Source: Trichoplax adhaerens (lineage: Eukaryota > Animalia > Placozoa). From it: DNA of 64,000 nucleotides. The notes below the pieces were generated by a model that saw nothing but the letters and a program-made list of their open reading frames with translations, did not search any database and was not told the origin of the DNA. Made by a program: the position numbers and the translations under genes. Of the stretch, positions 38,486-50,493 are shown piece after piece. Location: contig NW_002060978.1 in the NCBI RefSeq assembly GCF_000150275.1, positions 310,001-374,000 on the forward strand, written 5' to 3'. How positions within the stretch are numbered: the first letter of the stretch is position 1; each line of letters opens with the position of its first letter.

Positions 38486-41400
38486 CCTAAATAGAAATTA
38501 ATATGGTTTATAAAAGCATTACTGTAATTTCCGCTAATCGTGAATTTATTAAGCTAATTACCATAATTAATAAATTTTTAATTTTCCTTATAAAAAAGCT
38601 GTAGTCGTAGTTATGTTGTTATTAGTTCTTGTAAAAGCTATTCAAGCTATTTAGAATTAAAGTGAATGAAATATTCAGGGTGATATTTTACAAGATTAAG
38701 ATATTGAACGAATATTACCCGAAAGTTATAATTTTTAAAGCGCTGTGATTTGGGCATTAATGATTACTTTTGAATAATATAATAAATATAATTATTCAAT
38801 TTATTTACCAATGCATTCATAATTGATTTCATGTCCATAACTAATAGATAATGAGAGGCATAAAACAAGGTTGCTTGGGTTACTAATATTGTTTGGTTTA
38901 TTACAAATTATGTTATGAACATATGCATTATTTTTTGTACCTTATATATATATTTTTATACATTGAAGTATAGGGGTGAAATAAATAAAAATTTGTGCAA
39001 CTTTTTGATTTAAAATGATGAATTAATACTTTTCAATTGAAATAGTAATAATTTCTCATTTGTTATAAACAAGAATATAAATAAAATTTGTTATTACTTC
39101 ATGCGTATTTAAAAAAGATACCAATCGTGATAGATTTATAATGATACTTTCACTAAGAACGAAAAAAGGCTTGTAATAATTTATAGCTAAGTTGCTTGTA
39201 GCCAAAAAATTACTTGGAAAAATGTCATGGACAACCGCTTCCGATTTCTACTTCTTGGATTCGATTGTAATGTATAAAGATTTATTGCATCGCCTTCACC
39301 TGTTAATATACTGCCTGTTGAAAAATTTAGACCTTCTATTAATCTGCCTAAAGAATTAATTTAGCAATATCTGATTGCACGACTTAAATTTGAGAGTCTG
39401 CCTCTCATTAGATTTCGCATAGCAGAAATTGTATTCTCCAATATTTAAAAGATTGAAATGCATAGAATTAATAACGTAGCGTATTGTAACTTATGACGCA
39501 ATATTAAGAAACATTTCATGAGTCTAAAGAAAAATTTGCGAATTAAAAAGATGCCTAATCAGGCATAGTGGAGTATGTTATATCTCATATGTATTTTGCT
39601 GGAAAAGCATGATTACTTGTATGAGTAGAAACAAGGCTTTAGATTCTCTCATATTATGCTTTCATTTATGCTAATACAATATTGTACTTCGTCATTATTT
39701 GCCATATGGCTTAGATTAATCCTGATGAGGAAGCAAAATTGAGTTGAAAGCAAATGTGAAATATTTGAAAGAAATTTTATAATTTGATTGACTTGTTTCT
39801 TGATATGAAAGGTTTATTGAATAATGGCGGATTAAATACTTTTTATACGCCTGTTTTAAGAGCCCAGGTAATATTATCTAGAAGTAAAAAGCTAAGCATC
39901 ATGCAGAATATTCATTGAAGGAACGATATTCTTTATTGCTATCTATTCTTAATACATTAGGAAAGTAGACGAGTGTAAAACTATGATGACTGATTTAAAC
40001 AATTCCTCTATTATTCTTACATGCAGAATACGTAGACATACCTACTGCTTTGAAAACGCTAACAATGACAAGGTCAATACTGTTTAATGCAAAATAGATT
40101 TTGCAATTCAATTATCAGTGTATGATTTTACATTATTAATTTGATTAAAGAATTGCATGGATAAATCATAGCTTTCAATTACACGCCTTGTAATCGTCTA
40201 TGTGTTATAGTAAAGACCTGTAAATAAAGTACAATAGTCATTTTACTCTTATTTTAACCAAAAACAATTTTTTTCGCTAGATTTTTTACTTTGGACAAGT
40301 TAATAATTTTCGTTTCTACCTGAAACTAAAATTTATTAAGCTTCAATTACCATATATATGTGATTGTAGTCTTGCTATGTTGTGTTTATTTTATCGTAAA
40401 TCACAGATTATTTCTCAACCAGCAAAACTTAATCACAGAATTTTTAAGCTTTATTATTTTGATATTATTGCAATAACTAAAGATTTCGATGAACAGGTCT
40501 CTTAAATTATGGCATATAAGTTTAACTACTACTCGGTAGCTTAATATGTTGATAATAATAGCACGTATATTCAATTCATTCTTATTGACTAATTTTACAT
40601 CCAAAAAAAGCTGTAATAATTATTTATCATTTAAATACCATAAAGATTAGTTTATATAACCTTTAGATTTACTTTATGATGGAGTATGCTTAGTTGAGCC
40701 TGGCTTTAAACTTATCTATATTTGTGTTAGCAGTACTCTTCATAACCCATAAAATTCCCGTTATTTATTACTCCTGATCAAATATATAAAAGCGATACGC
40801 TTTCTTGAGACTGTTTATGTTCTATAAATGTTGAAGGAGGTTTAAGACTAACTAGCCGTAAGCATAATTTAACTAAGCCTTAGTAAAAGGTAGCAGCAAG
40901 ACCGTTATGATCTCTACCGTAAGAAAATCAAGAATGCTCGCAGGTGTAAGCAAACTTCCTTAATTATGGGCACCAAAAGCTTATAACTTTTGAATAGCAA
41001 TCCTTCAAAGATATTACGGAAATTGAGTGTAAGAAGAAGCAAAACTGCACTTAGTTCAATAGTGCAAAAATTTGAAACAGAATACTTTTCCTCTGCTAAA
41101 TAGAGGTGGGTAGATAAAAAGACGACTTTTAGGCATGTTTCATGGAGGCATTTATTGTATCCTTTTCTACACCCTCTCTTAGATACATTTAATAATAATA
41201 CAATTCTAGTATATACTACTGTGGATGGCTTTTTCACAAAGACTTTATACGACTGTAAATCTCTTCATCGCTAAAATTATTCTTGAATATCAACTTCGTG
41301 ACCAAAATTGCTATGTAATGTTGATTTGAAACTCGATGTGACTCAGTATTATCATATAGTAATGTAGGTAATTGTGGCAATCTACCATATGTTTACATAA

Positions 41401-43289
41401 GTTTTCAGCTTTCAATTGCACAATTTGTTAAGTAATGATCACCAGGTCATCAAATGCCAATTATATTTATATAGCTTCTTTACTGTATTTTGATCTATAA
41501 AGCTGGAAAGCTTTGAAGTAACAGGACATTTTGAGTAACCAAAGAGTGTTCCTTTACCTTATTAAAGATCCTGTGTAATCTTCCTGCAGACACGAATTTT
41601 TTGAAAGAGTTGTATGTATACCTAGTAAAGATCTTGTGGACAGGTTTATTGCTAAATAATTTATGGTAAGATTGGGAAAAATAAATTAATTGTAATTTAT
41701 TATCAGCGGAGGCGGCAATTGTTTTCATTATAGCTAATTTTGATTTGAACTTTCGCTTGGGTGTTGCAATCGTAGATAGCAGTAAAGATAATTCGTAAGC
41801 TAAATTTTATTCGATAAAAAGCATTTTTTTACTATAACATTTCCTTGATAAATATTATAAGTCTTCCGCATTTAAAAAATCTATCTTAATTTTCGCGAAA
41901 TATTAATATCGGGTTCGTCATATATACCTTTCATAGAGAGCCCTTTAATGCGGTAGATTTCTCTTACATTAAACAATAAGAGAGATGATGATTATAAATT
42001 TTGCCACACTCGGTTTGCTGTAATCATGTAAATTGCTTGCCGATGAACGTCATTTAAGTCTCTAAAAGTAATATCAATTCTTAGTATAGTTATGCAAATT
42101 GCTAATATCTTATTGAAATTGCTTTGTTTACAAGAAATATATTAATTGAGGAAGATTAGGATTTGGAAACAAATGTTTATCGATTAGCGGTCATTTACCT
42201 TATAATGATTTTAAAGTTATCAGTTCGGTTTCACTACTGCTTGATCAGTATTTGTGTAATGCTTATCTCTAATCAGATATTGCAGTTTGTATGGGGTAAT
42301 CGTTAATTACTAGAGTAAAAGTTGGTCATCTTTAACCCAAATTTAAAAATACATCTTCGTAGGCCCACGCTATTTTAAGATTTGAGGCTTAAATAGACCA
42401 TAAACTCATAATATTAATTTCTATAAATAAAAATTTAGTTTTATAGTTAAAAAGCTGCCCGAATAGATATTGTCATAAATTTTCAAAATTAAATAAACGT
42501 TCAAATACTTTAAAGATTCATAATATTAAAGTTACTGTTGATTCTGATTAACGAACTGAAAAATATGAAATTCTAGAAATGTTCTTGCGTCTTTTCAGTA
42601 TTCGATGGGATGATGTCTAGTAATTATAACATGCTAAACATATTTAGATAATATTTAACAATCACTGCAAGGTAGTTCATAAGCGGTATCGATATTTTCG
42701 TATATGGGATTAGAACTAGTATATTCTTTAAATGTGTAACCAAGAATGGTGCAAAAAATAGATCGATAATTTTAATACCAATCTGTATTTCTATCTTTTT
42801 CGTGATGGAAATACTCAATTTGGAAATTAATTTAATTTCATCACGGAAATATTTCTAGGATTATAGAGGAAAACTTTGTATAAATAGATAATTCGATTTG
42901 TATTACAATACTGTTAAAGGTATCTTGATACTAGGTAGTGAATCACTATAACATAACCCTTTTTTACTACTTAATTTGCTATGAAAGAAATTTTACGACG
43001 CCGTTGAACTTTACCGTTTATATAATGCTATGCTACGTTTTGAGGTGTCATTCTCGTGATCGCAAAAAAAACTAATATTCAACCTGACGTCGCAGCGAAT
43101 TAATAAACTGCCATATGTTTCAAAGTAAACAATGAAATTTAACGCAATCAAATATTTGCGAGCTAAAATTTTTTGTTGCTTTTTGAACTTTTAATAAAAT
43201 TGCTAAGAAACAAGGTCTATTTATCTACTTGTTTCCTTATGTATATCCTGCTATTTGAAACTATACCGCATACCACACATACGTTATAT

Positions 43290-43689
43290 TGGAATGCAAC
43301 CGATCACTAAATTTCAAATTTAGTAGGAAATTAGAACTTTATTAGATCTTTGTACAAAGATAATTTATAGACAGCTCTACTCTACTTGAATATAACTACA
43401 AGAAAGATTTTCTAGACTGAAGAACTGAATCTGAAGTTGCTTACTTAAATAATCTATAGCAATAGTACCTACAGTCTGCATAACATTATTCTAACATATT
43501 TTAAAAATTATCTGATTATTGTTAGTGACAAAATTTTATAGCAGATCATCTATAATCGAACATCATAACTGCTACAATAATTTCGTCGACATTATTTTTA
43601 CCAGACAAAAACATGATAAACTAAGCATATCCTAACGTATTATATTAACATTGCAAATAGTCTACCAACCAATGCTAAGTTACGTTACA
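43290..43689 (-). mobile_element. Short diverged solo LTR related to family B (400 bp)
   Basis: The minus strand begins tgtaacgtaacttagcattggttggtagact (B: tgtaatgtaacttagtattgtgattgtagact); the other end matches accgatcac..aaatt..ctttatt..ctctactcta. TSD TATAT/TGTAT. Confidence 0.72.
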
Positions 43690-44568
43690 TGTATAGCGAA
43701 TATATTGCTTCCAAAGCTGGAGCACCAGTAATACATTTTGTACCTAAAGCAACGGTTACGATGGTTAATGTTATGTTCAATTAATTTCCATATTAGGGAT
43801 TATTACTGGTTATGCTCACCATTTTAGGGGTAACTACTGTCGAGAGATTATGTTTTAAAACATATTTACTGTTGTCGTGGCTTTATTAACTTACCTAACA
43901 ATTATAGAGTATCGATGTATCAAATATACTATTATAAAAAGGAGATATAATAGAAAAAAGAGGAATTTTCGGCTTATGCTAAGTTTGAAGGAGTCTTTAA
44001 GTTGCTCGTAAGCAATTTGTTATTTATTGTTACTCGTTGCTGACGTAAAAGTAAAGGAGATTTCTTTTAAGTTTAACTTGCAGTTGTGACAGTTAATATC
44101 TAGTCAAATCACAAAACTTCCAGCTATAGCCAGATATTATAGCCAGGAAATTAAAATTTTATACCTTAACGGGCTATTATATAGTATATAATAGCCTAGT
44201 ATAATTTGTCTATGATTATATTGATGATTAGCTAGTCGCAATACTAGTATACCGTTCACCAGCTGTCATAGCTATATTAAGGTGGAAGAAATTGTTAATA
44301 TTCGCTTTACAAAGCGATTTGGTATTTCTAAAATGATTGACTACAAAAAGATTAACTTAAGCATCTTTAAAGTTAATAAAAAGAGTTTATAGTAATTTAG
44401 ATAGATATATTTAATGGATAAGCTCATACTAGTTAGTTTTTGGCTTGTAAAAAGACTTCAGTATTTCTTTTTAATCGTAGCAATAAGTAAGAAATTTTTT
44501 CTTAGTATGATTCAACTTGACTTTAAATTACTGTAATATTTAGATAATATCATTAAAAGCTGGCTAGG

Positions 44569-45738
44569 ATGGTATCTAATAATGGTAGCAATCTTTCGCA
44601 TAGCGATTGCATGTTATCAGAAGTATTATCCGCTAATCCCAAGTTGGATTTAAAGATTGCTACTGCTGGACAGAAACCTATTGCTGCAATTTTTATCTTG
44701 ATTGGACTTCTTGGAATAGCCTTTAATATATCAGTAATCATAACTTTAAGGAAGAAGCCGTTATCTGATCGAGTTCGAGAAAATCTCTCCAATTTATCCT
44801 CCTTTAACACTTTGCTAACTAATCTAGCTGTAGCAGATCTATTAGCAGCCATTGCTGTTACGCTAATTGGCGTAAAGACTATTTATATTATAGTCGCAGC
44901 TGAGGATTCATATAACGAAAACAAGAAAGCTCCATCTAATATTAAAGATCTAATCACTGGTTCTAATGGAATCTGTAAGATAAGCTACCTCTTCTTTTTT
45001 CTAACAAACTTCGTGTCCATCCTAACGGCAACTAGCATGGCAGTTGGAAGTTATCGTGGCATCGTCATAGGCAGTATGCGTCGTGCTGGAAGTACCAGAT
45101 TAAGCCGTAAAAAAATGGCTTTACTTTTGACAGTAATATGGTGTACGGCTATAGCCAGTTCCATACCTACATATTATATAGTCGAAGTGACACCGGCAGT
45201 ATATAATCGCTGTTTCTTTACACATCATTTGCCTAATGGATTTTCTACTTTTAATCTTGCGTTTACTATATTTATAACGGCTATCTTTTACTTCACACCG
45301 GCTTTCGTTATGATGTTCTGTTACATTCGCATTGATAGAGAGTTAAAGAAACATTCACAACTTAAATTACAAACACTAGCTACAACCAGTTCTACAAGGT
45401 TTAGCAACGGTGCCGAGCAGCAGAAATATCAAAATTCCAATAAAAAGGCCCAGAAGCCAGTTGTTGTGTTATCTATTATCGTAGCAGCAATTTTCTTAAT
45501 TACAATGTTGCCGTTTATGGTTTATTTGTGGGTTATAGCTATTAGTAAATGTAATGCGGATGAAATTTTACAAATAGTTTTGGTAGATCGATCCCATTTG
45601 TGGATTTTATTCGAGGTTGCTCATATTCTTTATGTTATGCCACCGCTGGTTAACCCGATATGCTATTCCTTTTGCATTCCAAGTTTTCAACGAAAATTTA
45701 AGGAAATGTGTGGAGAATTTAACGAGGAAGATTCTTGA
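44569..45738 (+). CDS. Class A orphan GPCR, CNADE subfamily (GPCR6); DRY changed to GSY
   Basis: 389 aa 7TM with NLAVADL, VGSY, YNRC, MLPF, CNADE, NPICY. Confidence 0.95.
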   Translation: MVSNNGSNLSHSDCMLSEVLSANPKLDLKIATAGQKPIAAIFILIGLLGIAFNISVIITLRKKPLSDRVRENLSNLSSFNTLLTNLAVADLLAAIAVTLIGVKTIYIIVAAEDSYNENKKAPSNIKDLITGSNGICKISYLFFFLTNFVSILTATSMAVGSYRGIVIGSMRRAGSTRLSRKKMALLLTVIWCTAIASSIPTYYIVEVTPAVYNRCFFTHHLPNGFSTFNLAFTIFITAIFYFTPAFVMMFCYIRIDRELKKHSQLKLQTLATTSSTRFSNGAEQQKYQNSNKKAQKPVVVLSIIVAAIFLITMLPFMVYLWVIAISKCNADEILQIVLVDRSHLWILFEVAHILYVMPPLVNPICYSFCIPSFQRKFKEMCGEFNEEDS

Positions 45739-46081
45739 AAGGTTAGAATAACTAACATGTGTATAAGCAATGAACAGTCAAGATGTTTCACATTCATGCA
45801 TGTAACGGTCACACTACAATCTGCATATGCTAATATTAAAAAAATTAAGCCCTTTTGGTCTAATCCGTTATTATACACTAAAATGAAAGCTTTTCTCAAA
45901 TTTCGAATATGCAATGGTCTATAGGAATAGCTAAAGATCATATCAATTTTTACATTTGCAATACTCTTAGTTTTTTATACTGCTACAGTCCGCAGGAATG
46001 GTTATTGGAGTAACATTACTCTTGTTGATATAAAAGAATAAGGTGCTGGTAGATTGTACCGATTTAAATTCTCTTAAAAGG

Positions 46082-47068
46082 TGTTACAGTATTACCGTAC
46101 AGTTAGGATAGTTTAATAGTACAGTATTAGCTAATACGTATTTGTAGTGCTAGGTAAGATAAGTAATTCCTTAACGTGGATGTTATTTGTGGTAGTTTTT
46201 TACATATTTTATATTGATTGCTATTATGTGTAGGCAGTAGTAAGATGATTCAAGTTCTAGCTAATGATAATTGATCTATACAACATACATGCTAAGATAA
46301 AAATTATGCAGAAATAAGAGATTAAAAACATCTACTGATAGAAAATCTATGTAAGGATGTCGCGGTACGAACTACCGTGAAGAAATAGCTATCTAAATTT
46401 GGTTAATATAATATAGTGATAATATATTACATCTAGTTACTTACAATAGGAATTACTCTAATTATAAGTGTGTTACAGTAAATTTTAATGCTGTGTTGTA
46501 ATGTGTACTGAAATGATTCTGTGAATGGACATATTGTAGTCCGACTATGAAAAACTAGTTAGTAGATGTTCTCACCTAAGTATTTTTATAAGATGACTTG
46601 TGAATGTTAGCTGCTGTAGAAGGGTACATAAGCCCATCAGATAGTTGAATAAAGCAGTTCTCAATTGTCTAGTTGAGTTTAACGTAGAATATAAGGCTTC
46701 TAAATTCTTGTGAGGTAGTTAAGGGATACTGAATCCCGGAGACTATAGTAAATTAGAGATTTATTTTACGTTATCCTTGTCACGAAGCTGGTTTGTGACA
46801 AAGGAACATCTCAGTTCGATGTAACGCTCCTAGTAAGGTAAAATAATAATACTGTTGTTGTTTATAAATTAGAGGGTTCCTATATAAACGGTAACATTAG
46901 AGTTGTGTTGTACGGTGAAAAGTTGTAGATAATTCTATGATATTAACAGTTCTATCTTTACGATACTTTGCTGTGTATGCTTGACGTTTTGCAGATGAGC
47001 AATCAATTCATTAGTTAATTATAGACTTTTGCCGTATGTTTCCTTGTCGCAGGGTTTAAATTGTGAGA
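46082..47068 (+). mobile_element. Host solo LTR, family D (about 539 bp after removing the nested family A copy)
   Basis: TGTTAC...GTGAGA (decayed GTGACA); perfect TSD AAAGG (46077-46081, 47069-47073); TATATAAA at 46881; 3' end ccttgtcgc...ttgtgaga resembles the family A end. Confidence 0.68.
46358..46800 (+). mobile_element. Solo LTR, family A (443 bp), nested in family D
   Basis: TGTCGC...GTGACA termini; perfect TSD AAGGA (46353-46357, 46801-46805); full-length homology to 16612-17057. Confidence 0.9.
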
Positions 47069-48967
47069 AAAGGTAATCGAAGATTCACTGTATTCGGGAG
47101 CAAGTACTAGAATGAAAAGAATATCAATGCTATAAAATATCGAACGGAAAAGAAGATCTGGCATTACGGGTAGTATATTTTACTATATTTTTACTATAGA
47201 GATTGACTGAATAACGATTTCTAGTATTAGTCTACATACAGTACTGTAGTTTCGCACATTACAAAAGTCGCAAATGGTTTGCAGAAATTAATAGTTTCAA
47301 GATCGATAGGGAAAGGAAAAATAGATTTGCATTTATTTGCTTTTTTGCATTGCATTCTAAGATGATGATGACGGAATCTTTTATTAACATGGCAGAACAC
47401 TTATAACGTCATCAAAATCTAGTATAGCTGAGGAGTAAATAGTTATTAAGAATAGCTTTATTGCTATTACTATCTAATAATATTTCATTTAGTGTCTATT
47501 TTAAGCAACTAAAACCTTGATTAAAGATAATCACGTAAGTTGATTCACATTTTCATTTCCAGATACTAAAATTATGATGGTCTTCAGGTAAACCTAAAAA
47601 CCATCTCTTTAAGCTATTATTACTGAGCAATGTTATTATTATTGGTTTGATGAATTATTACTGTCATGCTGAATAAATTGTTCTTAAAAAATTTTCATAG
47701 CATTTAGAACTGTTGTTCTGTATAAATGTAAGCTCCGCATTTGTTTTCAACTAGCATATTGACTCCTTATTCTCAATACTATACTTAATATAATAAATCC
47801 AGACTTCAGTATTTTGCAAGGTATAATAAGCTTTGTTCTTAAATTTTTTCCCGTATTGGATGAAAGGCTTCGTTTGTAGAAATTTATTATCGGATTATGG
47901 TAGCTAAAAAATATTATTTAAAGTTCAATACCTCTCTATCTTATTTTCGAAATTTCATTACTGTGAGTAAATCTGTTAATATACGAAGGTGTGATTGTCT
48001 CGTAAACACTGTCTACTTGTGTTATTAAAGACACATATTGCTTAAAATTGACTCATTTTATTGATAGTAAACACAAAGTCATTGTCATATAGCGTTATAA
48101 ATATTATAAGTTCCTTAGAGATGGCAATAGGTTAGATTTTAGTATGAAATACAATTTTACAGTAAAGCTTTCACACGCGCTGCCGCATTATAATTCAACG
48201 AACAAGAATATATTGTTATCTGGAACGCACTATTAAGGAACACCATTTTAAACTGGCTCTACATATATCGGTAAACTACTCTATTTTGTTGAAAGTAAAA
48301 TAGACACTTACCTATGTATATCTATTATCGAAATTAATAACAATAAATTAGCAATAGAAATTGTGGATTAAGCAAATATCAGTGAGAGTGAAGCTAACCA
48401 GAACATTATGCTCTGCTGTTAGCTTATTTACAAAATTTTTCAAACTTGTACATATTGTATTAATTGTAATGATAAAATTTTCTTACTTTTTCATCAATCA
48501 AGGTGATACTACTTTACAGGTTGGCAGAAATTGAAGGAACCTATTATAAATCGTACTATTAATAGCGCCTACAGTTAAGTGTAACAAATGCATTATTCCT
48601 ATGCATTAAAATGATGTTTCTACGTGGTAAAGAATTGCTTTGGCAACATCTGGCTAACCTGTGCGTGGGCGCTTTTAACAATTAACTTAATAAGCGCGTA
48701 TTAAACAATAATCTAGTGTTACACTACATTATAAAACTAAGGTTTTGCATGCTATTAAAGCATTTCTCACGAATGCAATCTAAGTTGGATTATCTCGAAA
48801 CGCAAATTTTCTTTCGATTTTTATTCCTAGAACGCTTGGTGATATTATATTCCAGCTTAAAAGAAATCAGTCCCAATAAATTTTTTACCATTTGATAGAA
48901 GATCGCGTCTAGTTTGCATTCTTTAATGGTACCTATTTAATTTTTTCGCATTTTTTACATTATTGAT

Positions 48968-50062
48968 ATGATGAATAGAACTGTTGCTCCGCTAAATGGC
49001 TTTGGAAATGATTCCTTAACCGTAATTAATCTATCAACCGATGATGCATTAATCGTAAGTGTATCTTATTTAGTTTTCGCAGCGATCGGTACAATATGCA
49101 ACTTATTAACGTTAATGTTAATTCCAAGATTAAAAAATTTACATAATGACATTCATTGGCTATTTCTAAATTTATCAGTCATTGATTTAACCTGTACAAT
49201 CCCGTTATTGGTTTGGATTTCATGGTCACTTAAATCACAAGATAACGTTCCTTTTATGGATTCATTATGCAATATCATTAGCTTTATTACTATGATGAGC
49301 TTCTCTGCTACATTATTTACCCTAGCAGTGGCCTCAATTGAGGGCTTAACTTCATTTCTGGTTGTTTATTACCTACAAATGAACACGAAAAGATTTTCTA
49401 CACGATTAACCAATATCGCTATTTGGATTATGGCAATATTAATTTCGTTACCCAATTTTGTTATGCACCGTCATCCATCTAGCTCGTTACAGCATTGTCT
49501 ACTTTTACCATTTGGTAATCTTGTTAGTCCGCTTGACCGAATTTACTTTGTTGTTTCAATAGTTTCACTCTATACTGTTTTATTAATTACAACCTTGTAT
49601 TGCTACAGTAAGGCTTTCATTATTATGCGTACTAGGATAAGATCTGCGGAACGGACACAATCTTTAGGAATTATTGACTCTCGACGAAGATCAAAGCAAA
49701 GCCATATCTTTGCTTTATTTACGTTAACGATGTTCTTTATCTTAACTACAGCTCCCTGGATGATTCTCATTAGCTATCTTACTTTTACTAATTTAACCAT
49801 GCAGGTAATTAATAATCATTTCTCAGTTCACGATTGGATATTAGCACATCTCTTCCGACTTTTATATATATCAACTTGTTCTGGCATTCCAATTATGTAT
49901 AGCTTGGTTAATCCTCTCTTAAAGAGATCATTTTTAACATGTATGGGTAGCAATTGCTGTTGCTGCTGTGAAAGTGAAATTCATAAAGACAATGCACTAG
50001 ACAATCTGTTTGAAGAATTACCGCTAACACAGAAAGAGGAAGAAATAAGTGGAGTAGAATAA
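48968..50062 (+). CDS. Class A orphan GPCR (GPCR7); DRY changed to EGL, poly-Cys tail
   Basis: 364 aa 7TM with N-terminal N-glycosylation sequons, GTICN, NLSVIDL, TM3 Cys, SIEGL, TAPW, IPIMY and a CCCCC tail. Confidence 0.92.
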   Translation: MMNRTVAPLNGFGNDSLTVINLSTDDALIVSVSYLVFAAIGTICNLLTLMLIPRLKNLHNDIHWLFLNLSVIDLTCTIPLLVWISWSLKSQDNVPFMDSLCNIISFITMMSFSATLFTLAVASIEGLTSFLVVYYLQMNTKRFSTRLTNIAIWIMAILISLPNFVMHRHPSSSLQHCLLLPFGNLVSPLDRIYFVVSIVSLYTVLLITTLYCYSKAFIIMRTRIRSAERTQSLGIIDSRRRSKQSHIFALFTLTMFFILTTAPWMILISYLTFTNLTMQVINNHFSVHDWILAHLFRLLYISTCSGIPIMYSLVNPLLKRSFLTCMGSNCCCCCESEIHKDNALDNLFEELPLTQKEEEISGVE

Positions 50063-50493
50063 TGCACGATTTATCTTTGACTCGCTTAGCAGAATTCATC
50101 ATGCTACCAAGACCAATTTAGCGATCAATTTCTACTTTCATTTCCAGCCGTTACGGATACCGTTGTTAAATTTAAAATTCGAAGAATAGTGCGGATATTT
50201 TTAGTTACTATGATTTCTATTTACTTGAATTCGAAATTATCTTAAAATTCCTTGTGAACGTTCATTTATTCTGTTTTGAATGTGTAAATCTGTGTATAAT
50301 ATATTACCCTTTCTTCTAGCTATTGCTGTATAAGTATACACATATGTCCGGCAAAATGTCATACATAACTGATTCAAATTCACTATTAGGGAGGAAACAA
50401 TCTCTAAATATTCCAATAATAGCATTATCTATCATGTAAGAAGATCCTCAATGAAATTGATGACCAGTTAATGCCGTACTAGTTTAGCTGTTT

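Noticed and set aside
14958-50102. Short ORFs overlapping the GPCR genes (14958-15191, 15957-16178, 44553-44852, 45687-45941, 49908-50102)
   Set aside because: Antisense or alternative-frame shadows of real coding sequence, with no recognisable motifs.
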